A stretch of DNA of 64,000 bases, taken from a bacterium (lineage in GTDB: Bacteria; UBA8248). Positions within the stretch are counted from its first letter, which is position 1, and each line of letters starts with the position of its first letter. Positions 41,716-54,065 of this stretch are shown in pieces. The notes below the pieces were generated by a model. The model did no database searches and was not told the origin of the DNA. It saw only the letters and a list, made by a program, of their open reading frames with translations. Made by a program: the position numbers and the translations under genes. The stretch spans positions 320,001 through 384,000 of the forward strand of contig CBDATS010000004.1 in the NCBI GenBank assembly GCA_965200245.1. Reading direction: 5' to 3'.

Positions 41716-41809
41716 AGGTCTTCCACATCCTCCGGTTTCCCTTCGCCGACACCTGAACAAGAGAATTTCATCGCGGGGAGAAGAATTGCTCCTCCCCGAA
41801 ACGCGATGA

Positions 41810-43615
<1,806 letters not shown>

Positions 43616-43645
43616 TCCGTCCCGTAACTGATTTACCGCATCACA

Positions 43646-43679
43646 CCCCGCCCGGGCCGACGCCCGGGCGGGTTTTTTG
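43646..43679 (+). terminator. intrinsic terminator
   Basis: CCCGCCCGGGC-CGAC-GCCCGGGCGGGTTTTTT. Confidence 0.88.
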
Positions 43680-43758
43680 ATGATTGGAATGTCGACGCGA
43701 GACTTCAGCTCACAATTGATGGTAAATATCCCATATCGAACCGAATCCGACAGGAGTC

Positions 43759-44808
43759 GTGATGACGCTGAGAATGGGTGTGTGGGCGCCGGTGTGGGGC
43801 ACGTTTCTGGGACGGGTCGAAAAACCTGATACGGTAAAGGAGGCCTCTTTCGCGCACAATGCGCGCTACATTCAGCGCGCGGAAGAACTGGGCTTTGAGA
43901 GCACCTTGTTGCTCGACAGAAGCCTCAACAGCATCAAGGGTGTGGGCGCACCGGTTCTCGAAGCCTGGATCACGGCGGCGGCACTGGCATCTATCACAGA
44001 GAAAATCGAACTCATTGTCGCTGCCAAAAGTGCCTACCGACACCCCTCCCTCGTGGCCCAGATGGGAGCGAACATCGATTGCATCAGCGGGGGGCGTTTC
44101 GCTATCAACATCGTATCGGGCTGGTGGGGTCAGGAAAACGAAATGGCAGGCATCCCCTTCCCGCCACACGACGAGCGCTACGATCTATCCGAAGAGGTCA
44201 TGCACATCCTTAAATCATACTGGACGAAAGAGCTCTTCAGTTTCAAAGGCAAGTACTTCCAGATAAAAGATGGAGTCACCGCGCCAAAACCCATCCGAAA
44301 ACCCTGGCCCACGTTTTACTTCGGGGGTGAATCGACTGCCGCAGTCAAGCTTGCGGGCAAGGCCGCGGATGTTTTCCTGTTCAACGGCCGACCGCTTGCA
44401 GACGCGAAAGCACTGATGACTGCAGTAAACCAGAAGGCACGAGCCAACGACAGAACCATACGCCACGGGATGAGTTCGTTCATCGTTTGCCGCGACACAG
44501 ATGAAGAAGCCCAGACTGAACTTTCCCACCTTTTTTCGCTCATCACTGATACGCCCAAACTCAAGGGTGTCGACAAAGCTGCCCAGCACAAAAAAACGAG
44601 CGCGAAAGGAGGCGGCGTGGGTTCGAACGGCGGCACGACGACGGGTCTCGTCGGCTCGCCGCAGACAATCGCCAAACGCATCATGGCGTTTCACGAGGTG
44701 GGGGTGGAACTGTTCCTCCTCCAGTTTCACCCCATGTTCGAGGAGATGGAGCGCTTCGCCTCCCAGGTGATGCCGCTTTTACCTCTGGGCAAAGCGGTGA
44801 ATGTCTAG
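43759..44808 (+). CDS. LLM-class flavin-dependent monooxygenase (SsuD/SfnG-like)
   Basis: AEELGF, ISGGRFAINIVSGW, FSFKGKYF, YFGGES and GLVGSPQ. Confidence 0.88.
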   Translation: MMTLRMGVWAPVWGTFLGRVEKPDTVKEASFAHNARYIQRAEELGFESTLLLDRSLNSIKGVGAPVLEAWITAAALASITEKIELIVAAKSAYRHPSLVAQMGANIDCISGGRFAINIVSGWWGQENEMAGIPFPPHDERYDLSEEVMHILKSYWTKELFSFKGKYFQIKDGVTAPKPIRKPWPTFYFGGESTAAVKLAGKAADVFLFNGRPLADAKALMTAVNQKARANDRTIRHGMSSFIVCRDTDEEAQTELSHLFSLITDTPKLKGVDKAAQHKKTSAKGGGVGSNGGTTTGLVGSPQTIAKRIMAFHEVGVELFLLQFHPMFEEMERFASQVMPLLPLGKAVNV

Positions 44809-44814
44809 TCCCGC

Positions 44815-45279
44815 TCACTCCAGGGATACGCGCGCGCCCGGCCCGAAGCCATTTCTGAGAAACCAGCCCTGGTTCACCTCCAGCACCCAGCGAGCCTTGC
44901 TTCTTGAGCGATAGAAGGGAATCCGCTTGCCGGGTTCGTGTGGTTGTAAGTGTACGATTTCCAATATCTCTCCGGTCTTATCGATGAAGGCGAGCGAAAG
45001 CGGAATCAGCGTGTTCTTCATCCAGAAATCCCGCTGCGCGTCTCCTTTGTAGACAAAAAGCATCCCGGCGTTTTCGGCCAACCGCTCCCGACCCATGAGC
45101 CCTTGCGCGCGAGTGAGGGCGTTGGTGGCAACCTCCACCGAAAGCGCGGCCTCGCGATCGTCCTGAGTGATACGTACTATCCCTCTCTCGAAGGTCTGGG
45201 CATCAGGAGACGAAAGTGTAACCAGCACGCAAACGAGAAACGCGAGGCAGATCAAGCCAGCCCTTAAAATTGGTTGCAC
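44815..45279 (-). CDS. DUF192 family protein (start uncertain)
   Basis: VEVA...GLMGR...GMLF...FWMKNTLIPLSLAFID...VLEVNQGWF. Confidence 0.88.
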   Translation of the reverse strand: MQPILRAGLICLAFLVCVLVTLSSPDAQTFERGIVRITQDDREAALSVEVATNALTRAQGLMGRERLAENAGMLFVYKGDAQRDFWMKNTLIPLSLAFIDKTGEILEIVHLQPHEPGKRIPFYRSRSKARWVLEVNQGWFLRNGFGPGARVSLE

Positions 45280-45856
45280 ATATAACCTTATATAGAGCGG
45301 TTGCTTAAACGGACGAGCGAAGAGCGGCCAAGCAGGGGCTACAGCGAAGAATGGTCTACGGCCGTGCATTTTTCCGGACTGTCCGCTTTAGTTGGGCGAT
45401 GGCTTTTTCAAACTCTCGCTGTTCAACATAGTTGTCAAAGTTAAGGAGATGTAGCCCCGCCATTGCCCACCCTTCTGGGCATTTTTAGCAGAGTCGCGCG
45501 ATCATTTTGTGGAACAGGGGTCGTAGTTTAGCTTTCGGTTTGGGAATTCACTCCAGCATCACGTGAATTGCAATATTGCTCGATCAGTTCCGATAGTCCT
45601 GTTGCAACAAAGATTCATTGTTCTTTTCGATCTCTGACATATTGACTGGGAAAGTGAGCGATTTAGGCATCCCAGAACAGCACAATGTGTCCTTGCTCGG
45701 GTCTCTGAATCCATCAATGATTATGTCCCCATTAGAGATTTGCGATCGGCACTTTTCTTTGTCTTCTCCCATCTGGATATGTCAGGAAGCCGCTTAAGCT
45801 AACAAAGGCAAATCCACCAAGAGACATCAGCTTCATAAGCGCACGAAGCGCAAAAG

Positions 45857-46141
45857 CTAACGGTACGTGTCCTTCTCCCGTCGAACGATCTTATCCACGA
45901 AGCGGTTCTCATCGTCAATGAAATAGATGATCCTCCAAGGATCAACACGCATCCGATCAGGTTCTTTGTCCCAAAGTTTGATGACTCCTGCGGGACGTGG
46001 ATTTTGTGTCAGTGAAGAGATGTGTTTGTCTATTCGCTTATAGTCTACGTGGGGGAAGCGATCAAGATCACGTTTGGCGCGGGAAATTATCCGGATATCG
46101 TAGTCAGGATTCTGTTCCAAGACGCCTTGCTCGGTACTCAT
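45857..46141 (-). CDS. RelE/ParE family toxin (possibly degenerate)
   Basis: A.RDL...L..NPRP.G..KL...R.RV..WRIIY.IDD. Confidence 0.75.
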   Translation of the reverse strand: MSTEQGVLEQNPDYDIRIISRAKRDLDRFPHVDYKRIDKHISSLTQNPRPAGVIKLWDKEPDRMRVDPWRIIYFIDDENRFVDKIVRREKDTYR

Positions 46142-46457
46142 TATAAGAAATGGTGTCCTCTACACCTGTATCCGCATACTCTCCCTGCAATCTCCGGGCT
46201 GTGGCCAAGTCTTCCATTAATTCTTCATATTCCCCGGGGGAAAGTATCTCTTCAGCTAACACAGGCGAAGGGGGAGGTACCACGATTTCTGGGATATGTT
46301 CGGAAGCAAATATCCACTGAGAACTCATCCAGCTTTCCATATTTGCACTAGAGGTTTGGCTAATCATCTGTGATTCTCCCCAGAGTTGTCTCTTCTGAAT
46401 CCAATCAATATTGACTGGTGCGGGCAAATTTCTGTACTCAGAATCTTCTGATGTCAT
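46104..46457 (-). CDS. putative antitoxin upstream of RelE
   Basis: Acidic C-terminus (EYEELMEDLA...ISYNEY) overlapping the toxin start. Confidence 0.45.
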   Translation of the reverse strand: MTSEDSEYRNLPAPVNIDWIQKRQLWGESQMISQTSSANMESWMSSQWIFASEHIPEIVVPPPSPVLAEEILSPGEYEELMEDLATARRLQGEYADTGVEDTISYNEYRARRLGTES

Positions 46458-46482
46458 TTTACCGTCACCTGATGCCTCTTCT

Positions 46483-46704
46483 CTACCAAGAGTCGAAGCC
46501 GTGGAAGAAGTTCAAGCTTGGATTGTCAGCTACAGACTCGCAATATAGTTCAGCGTCGATGGATTGAACGACATACCCATCCCCGTAAGGAGAGTCCAAA
46601 ATACGATTAATCATGATCTGCCCTTCCGGGGAAGATTTCCGTCGGTGAACCTCTTCAAAAGCATCCTCAAATTTTTCAAAATATAAAGACGCTAAAATTT
46701 CCAT
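46483..46704 (-). CDS. hypothetical protein
   Basis: 73-aa ORF with purine-rich RBS, co-oriented with the TA pair. Confidence 0.45.
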   Translation of the reverse strand: MEILASLYFEKFEDAFEEVHRRKSSPEGQIMINRILDSPYGDGYVVQSIDAELYCESVADNPSLNFFHGFDSW

Positions 46705-46763
46705 GTTTTTCCCCCTGTTCTACATGGCTGATTAGACTGCCAAATTTTTAATAAGACCCCATC

Positions 46764-47002
46764 TTACTTTCCTTTACGATACCATCTGGATTTGGTTGAC
46801 ATACATGCAATCTCGCTCCTTACTTTAAGGTGAAAGACTCTTAAGCTCTGGTCCTTCCGCCTTTCAAACCGCCAGCGCGTGCAAAACCATTCACTGACAC
46901 GCTCTCAATATCATGCTCGCGCTCGCCAGCCGCAATGTCCACGATAAACTTGGTGAGTTGATTGCCATCACGTGGTCTTTTGGGCTTTTTTGTCATAGCC
47001 AT
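46764..47002 (-). pseudogene. small basic KRPRD/GGLKGG protein of IS1-like elements, degraded
   Basis: MAMTKKPKRPRDGNQLTKFIVDIAAGE...RAGGLKGGRTRA*...RSEIA...SRW with stops. Confidence 0.6.
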
Positions 47003-47055
47003 GCAATAATGCCATAGACATTACATAATCAACCATGTTTGGTTTTGCTCTTAGA

Positions 47056-47076
47056 TTTTCAAACTGATCCACTACC
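47056..47076 (-). mobile_element. IS1-like terminal sequence
   Basis: GGTAGTGGATCAGTTTGAAAA on the minus strand, just upstream of the KRPRD gene; partner end not found. Confidence 0.4.
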
Positions 47077-47194
47077 CAGCATTTACAGGACTTGACCTGC
47101 GTGTCTCGCGCATTGGGTTGCGTTCAGGGGGGAAATAGAAGGTATGATTGGTCAGATTTGGAATTTGACCGATATTTATCAAGAAGAGATAAGC

Positions 47195-48661
47195 ATGACA
47201 AAACGCTATGAGTGGCAACGAATTGAAAATTACGAGAAATATCCTGAAGAACTACAGCGAAACAGGTTGCGCGCATTATCAAGTATTTGGGAAGAACAAC
47301 GTAGCTATCTCGAGAATCTTGAAGCCGTGAACAGATTTAACGAGAAATTAAAACGGGAATGGGCGATTGAAACGGGACTCATTGAGAATATTTATACTAT
47401 TGCTCGAGGAATTACCAATTTGATGATCCAGCAAGGTATTAATGCAGCATTGATTCCGCATGGATCTGTCCAGAATCCCGAGAAAATAGTTTCGATGATA
47501 AAGGATCACGAGGCTGCGATTGATAGCGTTTTCTCCTATGTGCAAGGAAATCGAAAACTGTCGACAAGCTATATAAAGGAACTCCACGCCACGCTTACTC
47601 AGAATCAGGACACGGTCGAAGCGGTGGATAAGTTCGGAAAACGAGTGGAGGTGCCTTTGATTAAAGGGGATTACAAAAAAAATCCCAACAACCCGCAGCG
47701 CTCGAACGGGCCGATTCACGAATATTGTCCACCTGAACATGTCGCTTCCGAGATGGACCGACTCATCGAGATGCACCTTACCCATGAGAATGTAGCGCCC
47801 GAAGTCGAAGCCGCGTGGCTTCACCATCGCTTTACACAAATTCACCCGTTTCAAGACGGGAATGGACGAGTCGCCCGCGCGTTGGCTACGCTGGTTTTCG
47901 TTCGGGCGGGCTGGTTTCCACCTGTCGTAAAAAATGACGAGCGCACTGAATATCTCGATGCTCTGGAATCGGCGGATACTGGAGACCTTTCGGTACTTGT
48001 TGAATTTTTCTCCAGGCTTCAGGAAAGTGCATTCGTCAAGGCTATCGGAATTTCAGATCAAGTGATTCGATCAAATCGCGCCGAGAAAGTAGTCGCCGAG
48101 ACGAAAAAGGAACTACAGCGCCGACGCGATGTTCTTCGCAAGGAGTGGGATACCGCGAAACAAAGTGCCGACAGGCTGAGACAAACTGCAAAAGATCGAT
48201 TCAGTGAAATCTCGCAATCCTTAATGTCTGAAATGGACGGATTGTTGGAAAATCCTTCATTTTACTGCGACGCTGAATCAGATCAGGGTCAAAGAAGTCA
48301 TTACTACCGCATGCAGATAGTGGAAACAGCCAAGGCTCTGGATTACTTTGCCAATCCGCGATTATATAGAGCTTGGGCTCGCTTGGTCATGCGCACGAAC
48401 AATCAAACCGGGATCATCATTATCGCATTCCATGGTATCGGCCCTGAGTTCAGGGGTGTTCTCGCTTCTTCCGCTATATATCTTCAAAAAGCGGACACCG
48501 ATGACGAGGGGGAGCGACAAACCGCAACGATTCCGATCTCAAAGGAGGTTTTTCAGATCAACTACAGAGAACCTCTGGAGGAAATCGAGGAGCGATTCTT
48601 GGTTTGGTTGGAGGAAAGCGTTATTCGTGGCCTTGAACAATGGCAATCGGCCATTCTGTAA
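47195..48661 (+). CDS. Fic family protein with long C-terminal domain
   Basis: Complete HPFQDGNGRVAR motif; AIETGLIE segment. Confidence 0.9.
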   Translation: MTKRYEWQRIENYEKYPEELQRNRLRALSSIWEEQRSYLENLEAVNRFNEKLKREWAIETGLIENIYTIARGITNLMIQQGINAALIPHGSVQNPEKIVSMIKDHEAAIDSVFSYVQGNRKLSTSYIKELHATLTQNQDTVEAVDKFGKRVEVPLIKGDYKKNPNNPQRSNGPIHEYCPPEHVASEMDRLIEMHLTHENVAPEVEAAWLHHRFTQIHPFQDGNGRVARALATLVFVRAGWFPPVVKNDERTEYLDALESADTGDLSVLVEFFSRLQESAFVKAIGISDQVIRSNRAEKVVAETKKELQRRRDVLRKEWDTAKQSADRLRQTAKDRFSEISQSLMSEMDGLLENPSFYCDAESDQGQRSHYYRMQIVETAKALDYFANPRLYRAWARLVMRTNNQTGIIIIAFHGIGPEFRGVLASSAIYLQKADTDDEGERQTATIPISKEVFQINYREPLEEIEERFLVWLEESVIRGLEQWQSAIL

Positions 48662-48789
48662 CGAGTCGTTGATTTATCGATTCGCGGTTATGCACTTACT
48701 GAACCTCACCCAATCTGTTGTGCCTAGTCTATCCCATAGCTAGCCACAAGATGTTGAATCCCAATGACAGAAAGGGGTGATGCCAATAC

Positions 48790-49027
48790 CATCCTCGTCG
48801 AATCTGAAGGTATCACGAGATATGGACTTTCCTACTCCGGCATCGAATCGACTTAGTTCCCCATTCCGCCCCTCGTCGAACAAACAGCCATCGTAGAATA
48901 CCTTGACAAAGCAACCACCCACATCGACACTGCCACTGTGAGTGTGCGCAATGAGATGGAGTTGTTACGCGAATACCACACCCGCATGATATCAGGTGTG
49001 GTAACAGGCAATGTGGATATACTGTAG
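48790..49027 (+). pseudogene. hsdS: type I R-M HsdS C-terminal remnant
   Basis: GITRYGL...IPPLVEQTAIVEYLDKATTHID...ELLREYHTRMISGVVTGNVDIL*. Confidence 0.8.
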
Positions 49028-49032
49028 AAAAG

Positions 49033-49490
49033 ATGCTGATGACCAACGCTGAATTCGCATTGATTATCGAAGCTAAGTCAAAGCGTATCGAAAGCGACAT
49101 AAGCTGAAGTGCCGATGAGGACATTCCCCGGCGGTTGAGTCCCGGGCGGATATCGCCTCGGATGCGGGATGGCCGCTGGCTATTCGTGGCAGGTACAATC
49201 CGTTTGCGGAGACGTTGAGTTATGCACTCATTCTGAGAACGGAAGGGCGTATTTACGGACTCGATATGGAGCAGGACCATCACAACCCCGATTGCAATCA
49301 AGTTGGAGAAAAACACAAGCATCGCTGGAACGAGATATTCCGGGATAAGGAAGCCTACGCTCCGAACGACATTACCGCACCAGTTTCCAAGCCCGTCGCC
49401 GTCTGGGAAGAATTCTGCCAAGAGGCAGGCATCGAACACAATGGTGCCCTGAAACATCCGCCTTCTTGGCAGGAGGAGCTGTTTCAATGA
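49033..49490 (+). pseudogene. DUF6978-like protein, TGA at 49105 plus a 1-nt deletion
   Basis: KRIESDIS*SADED(H)SPAVE...GRIYGLD...HHNPDC..VGEKHKHRW; family name from recall. Confidence 0.55.
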
Positions 49491-50267
49491 GCAAAGACAA
49501 ACTCCGTGAGGTATTACACAGCACGATGGGGGAGCTCTTCTCTTGTACGGATCATGGTAAATACCAGCGGATTCGCACTCCGTATTTGTATCCCGATGGG
49601 GACAATATCGATCTGTTCTGTGACTCAAGGGACGACGTGATTACTGTTACAGACCTTGCAGAAACTACGGGTTGGCTACGGATGCAATCGATCTCTCCAC
49701 GTCGGTCTCAGAAGCAAAAAGCACTCATCGAAGATACCTGTCTCACGCACGGCGTTGAGTTCTATCGAGGTATGATTCAGGCCCGGTGTAAGCCGGGCGA
49801 TGAATTGGCGTCGGTCGTCACACGCGTGGCACAAGCGGCGTTACGGGTATCGGATTTATGGTTCACGTTTCGAACCCGCTCAATCGAGTTGATTACGGAC
49901 GAAGTGGCAAGCCACCTGGAGGAATACAAACTGGAGTTTACCCGCTCTGAGAATCTGGCAGGCCGTTCCGGGCGCGACTGGACGGTGGACTTTCGTGTAC
50001 GTACCCCCTGCGCGTAGTTCGCTGGTACATGTCCTGACAACAGCGAATCGGGCGGCAGCGCGTAAGGTTACAGAGCATGTGGTGGCAGTATGGTATGACC
50101 TGAATCACCTGACTGCAGGTCCTGAAGCCCTGCATTTTGTATCCCTGTTCAACGACAGCGTCGATGTCTGGGCGGATGAAGACTTCCGCCTGCTGGAGTC
50201 ATTGTCCACAATCTCTCTGTGGTCGAGGCCAGACGAGTTCATAAAGGTGTTGTCGAAAGCTGCTTGA
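49487..50267 (+). pseudogene. DUF1828-like protein, frameshift in a C run at ~50005
   Basis: RIRTPYLYPDGDNIDLF...VTDLAET; GRSGR.W.VDF; continues in ORF 49995..50267. Confidence 0.7.
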
Positions 50268-50591
50268 TACCCACTGATATTTTCGAGGCCGGTCCAAAGC
50301 GCCGTATTTGTGAAATTCTTACGGGTTCATCATGCGGCGATGGCAGAAAGCACGGCACATCGGCGCACACTGATCCTGCTGGCAAGTCATTTGGTCGACG
50401 ACGATCTCACAGAACTTCGCACACTGCTCCGCCGCGAGGTCGAGGAAGTCGTTTCGCCTAAAGTTCCCCTACCCTGACCAATGAGATCGAAACGAAACCG
50501 ATCCGTAATCTGGGCGCCAGCCCAGAGCATATGTTCAAGGCATCCCGCGTTCTTGAGGGTTCCTCTGGAGCCCTTAACATTGTGGACTCTT

Positions 50592-50798
50592 TTAGTTTAT
50601 CAGGAACATCGGATATGCCTCTCTGGTGCTATCGCTTATGCAGGAGGCAGCCTCACCCACGATCTCCAACACCTTGAAAATGGCATTCTGGTGCAGATCG
50701 CTCTGATCGAATTGCGTATATGTTAAATCGTGCGCAAACATGACAGCTTTTCGTGCCGCGACGAGCATATCCAGTAGATATGAGTCATCCTGTCGCAT
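50592..50798 (-). pseudogene. HepT-like (DUF86) toxin truncated before the RxxxxH motif
   Basis: YLLDML...LEIVGEAAS...AYP followed by unrelated sequence. Confidence 0.8.
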
Positions 50799-51147
50799 AG
50801 ATTACCTCGGCCGACCCCAGAATCTCCTTGCGCCGAATGTAGTTTGGGCTTCGTTCCACAGCTGAGCGGGTTAGAACGTCGACAGGCCTCCCAAACAACT
50901 GTGACAACTCCGTTGCCATGCTGACAAATCGAATTCCTGGCAGACTGCCTGTTTCGAACTCAATCAATACGTCAATATCACTATCTTCATGAAAGTCCCC
51001 ACGTAGCACGGAGCCGAACAGAGCCAACTCGGTGATATACCAACGTTTACAGAACGCTGCGACCGCATCCGGCGACGTGGCGATGCGGGCGTTTAACAGT
51101 CCCTCGTTTCCAGAATTATCAGCAGTGGTCTCTAGTGGCTCCATCAT
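50785..51147 (-). CDS. minimal nucleotidyltransferase (MntA-like antitoxin)
   Basis: FGSVLRGDF..DSDIDVL and ERSPNYIRRK; paralogue of 29327-29638. Confidence 0.88.
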   Translation of the reverse strand: MMEPLETTADNSGNEGLLNARIATSPDAVAAFCKRWYITELALFGSVLRGDFHEDSDIDVLIEFETGSLPGIRFVSMATELSQLFGRPVDVLTRSAVERSPNYIRRKEILGSAEVIYATG

Positions 51148-52518
51148 CGTGTTCACTCCACAATTTTCAAGTTCTCCATGCCCACGGCTCTGAACGCTAC
51201 CGGTCATGAACACCTGTTTCGAATTGCAACGACACATTTGTATGATATTCCTCGACCAGAACGATATCAATATTGAATCTGGCCCGTTGGTGTAGAACAC
51301 TCCGTTGCATGGGTCTGAAACCCCTCAGTTTCTCCATCCGCTGCGAATGAAGACAAGCACTGGAATCCAAATTGGATTGTCTGCCCCTACAAGTGAGGTG
51401 TGCCCGCCGCAGCCACCGGGGAGCTAGAATCATCTTATATCGAACACTGAAATGTTGGCATCAAAAAGGGAAAGAGAAAAACCCACGGCTCGGAAGTGGA
51501 CAAACCTAGTGAGGTTGTCGCCTGAAGGAACAGCTTGAGCGTGTGTTGATATCCTCAAAAATTCGAACCTGCCCGCAGAGAGGGATGCAGCAGTGAGAAA
51601 ATAGGCTGGAGAAGCTAAAAACAGAAATAAAGGATGGATCCGAATATCTGGAAGGGTCTTCGGAAGTCTCGTCATTTTATTCGCTTTCTCGTCAGAGGAT
51701 ATGAGTCACAAGAGTGGCTGGCACCCCGGGTTTTCGAAACTCACCCGGATCACCTTCGTCCTCTGCCTCTTCTACCCCAAAAAGGTGCTGCAAGGCCCAC
51801 GCTACCGAGCCCTGAGTAAACAACCGCACTTATTAATTGGTAGGTAGTGCTGTTCACCGAAATGCTACGGCGCCGATCTTCTGGAACATGTCCGTTTCGT
51901 TTCCCATCCCGGGCCTGCCACCCGAAGTCTAGAATCGGCTTGCAGAAAGAATTCAACCAAGTGCCACGCAATGTTCGAATCCTTTGAAACCACCGTTGAA
52001 AAGCCAGACCAAATTGTCGTTTACAAGGAGAAACAGAGACCGGGGCGATCTCAAATATCAAGATAGCAGCCCGGGAATACCTGAGGGCCGTGGAATATCT
52101 ACTCGGTGGTGGAGAGGTTCGGGCAATCGAGGTGGCGATCCAACTGTGCCGAACATCGCGGGAATCAATCATCTACATGCGATGCGAGCCTTGGAAAAAG
52201 TTTAGTATTTATCTTCCCACCAACAGTATCTGGAGAAATTCAAGGCTTTGCTGTCAACAAATAGCGATACGCAATAGGACAGGTGGATTCAGGGCAAGGC
52301 CTCACTTCGGTCGCCGTCATATCCCCCGCGCCCAATTCAGAAAAACGTACAATGTCCATTGAATCGACATGTGAGGAGTTGGCACACCCACGATTGGTTC
52401 GAAGCCTGTCTGGCGTGGTCGCGAAGCACGCGGTTGATCTCCCGCACACTATTCACCCCAAAATCGTCTCTACTGCTGGGTCAGCCACTTTTCGGCGCAG
52501 TGTGCGAGAAGAGTTTCG

Positions 52519-52695
52519 CTAGAAAAGTTTTATTGCGGCGATAATCAAGCCTGCGGCTGATAAAGTGGCCGTGAATAACCATGCCTTCAAGCTTGACGTG
52601 CTAACTTCAATATCCGCCTTCGTGGCCATTTGCTTTTCGATAGATTCCATTTTGGCCTCCAGTCTAGCTATGCGCTTTTCATGATCGTTGGTCAT
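52519..52695 (-). CDS. 58-aa coiled-coil + C-terminal TM microprotein (copy 2; below the ORF track cut-off)
   Basis: MTNDHEKRIARLEAKMESIEKQMATKADIEVSTSSLKAWLFTATLSAAGLIIAAIKLF*. Confidence 0.72.
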   Translation of the reverse strand: MTNDHEKRIARLEAKMESIEKQMATKADIEVSTSSLKAWLFTATLSAAGLIIAAIKLF

Positions 52696-53077
52696 GAAAA
52701 ACCCTATCCCGTGGACTCAGCACCCGTCAATAAAGTCTTGGAGCTTGTACGGTATTATGGCTAGGCTTTGTCTTCAAATCTCGGCTAGCGAGTCATTATT
52801 TCTACCCGAAAATCTTGGGTTCCCATTAACCATTACAATTCTAAGCCGCTTTTTGGTATCCTTTCTTAGTGGCTTTAGAACTCCTCCTTTCGCTGGTTCG
52901 GTCCTTTGACATCCAAAATATTTCCACTGCTTCATCTACCTTATTTTCGTGGGAATTGTATGCATGATTAGACAAGATAACTCGATCGGCAAACTATTGA
53001 AAGGAAAATTGTCGAGAGCAAAGTCCACAGAAAGTCGTCTTTGAGCTTGTAGATAAGCATCATGAAATGGTTTTGGA

Positions 53078-53181
53078 TGTGCCTCTCTGGTGTTATCGCT
53101 TATGCGGGAGGCAGCCTAACTCACGATCTCCAACACATTGAAAATGGCATTCTGGTGAAGATCGCTCTGATCGGATTGCGC
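53078..53181 (-). repeat. diverged direct copy of ~50612-50717 (hepT internal fragment)
   Basis: TGCCTCTCTGGTG(T/C)TATCGCTTATGC(G/A)GGAGGCAGCCT...GAAAATGGCATTCTGGTG shared. Confidence 0.85.
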
Positions 53182-53274
53182 AACGGAGTGTTCTCGAAGC
53201 GAATCGGACCTTTTTCCCGGCTATCGCGCAGGGGCTGTTCTGCTCGGTGATATTGGAGGGGTGCCAGGTTGGGA

Positions 53275-53559
53275 TTATAGCCTCTCGAGTACCTTCACGA
53301 GCGCAGCATTTGAATTGTTGAGACCTTCCATCGTCTTGTCGAGACCTTCCATACTCTTCGCAAGCGCGGCATTTGAATCTCTTAATCCTTTTGTATTTTC
53401 GGCCATCGTTTCCATAGTTTGCTGAAGGGCCCTGTTCAGGACTTCAGATGCTTCCGAGCGTTCTTCATTTGCCTGCATCATGGCGTAAATGCCATACCCG
53501 ATAACAACAGGTGTTATCGAACCTGCAATGCGTTCAACTATCTCCAACATTTCTATCAT
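53275..53559 (-). CDS. small TM + heptad-repeat coiled-coil protein
   Basis: GAGG RBS; SNAAL twice and MEGL twice (21-nt period). Confidence 0.55.
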   Translation of the reverse strand: MIEMLEIVERIAGSITPVVIGYGIYAMMQANEERSEASEVLNRALQQTMETMAENTKGLRDSNAALAKSMEGLDKTMEGLNNSNAALVKVLERL

Positions 53560-54065
53560 CGTTTCCTCTTGGCAGGGACGCCTCCATCGCACGATACGTT
53601 TTTCTTACTATAACAGAAAATTACTCGCGATCCATCCATTCCTCGGCAACGTCGAACAATTCATCCACAGCCGCGTCCTCTGCTTTTGGGACATACCTCT
53701 TGACGTATTCCAGAATGGCTCTTTCCAAGTTTCTGTTTTCCTCACTCTCTTCCCGATAATCCCCTGGATCGTTGGTTGTTTCTCCAAAATAAGAACAGTG
53801 TCATGTTGATTAAGGAGAAATTGAACGAAACATGGATATGCCCTTCAGGAATCTATTCAACACCCCGAAGCCGGATAAATTGCCCTCGCCAGCCAGGGAA
53901 AACCTGAACCGGAAATTCAGAATCGTATTTGATTCCAGGAACACCCCGATTTTTGAAGAGGTTGATTGACGGGATTCATAAGGGGTTTGTCAACTTTCGG
54001 TTGCAAGTCCCGAAAATTGCGTACCGACGTGTTCCTCATCTATGGACCATGCAACCGCTCCTTCA

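Noticed and set aside
51843-51863. GGTAGTGCTG as partner of the IS1-like end at 47076
   Set aside because: Wrong orientation to enclose an element and only a 7-bp match.
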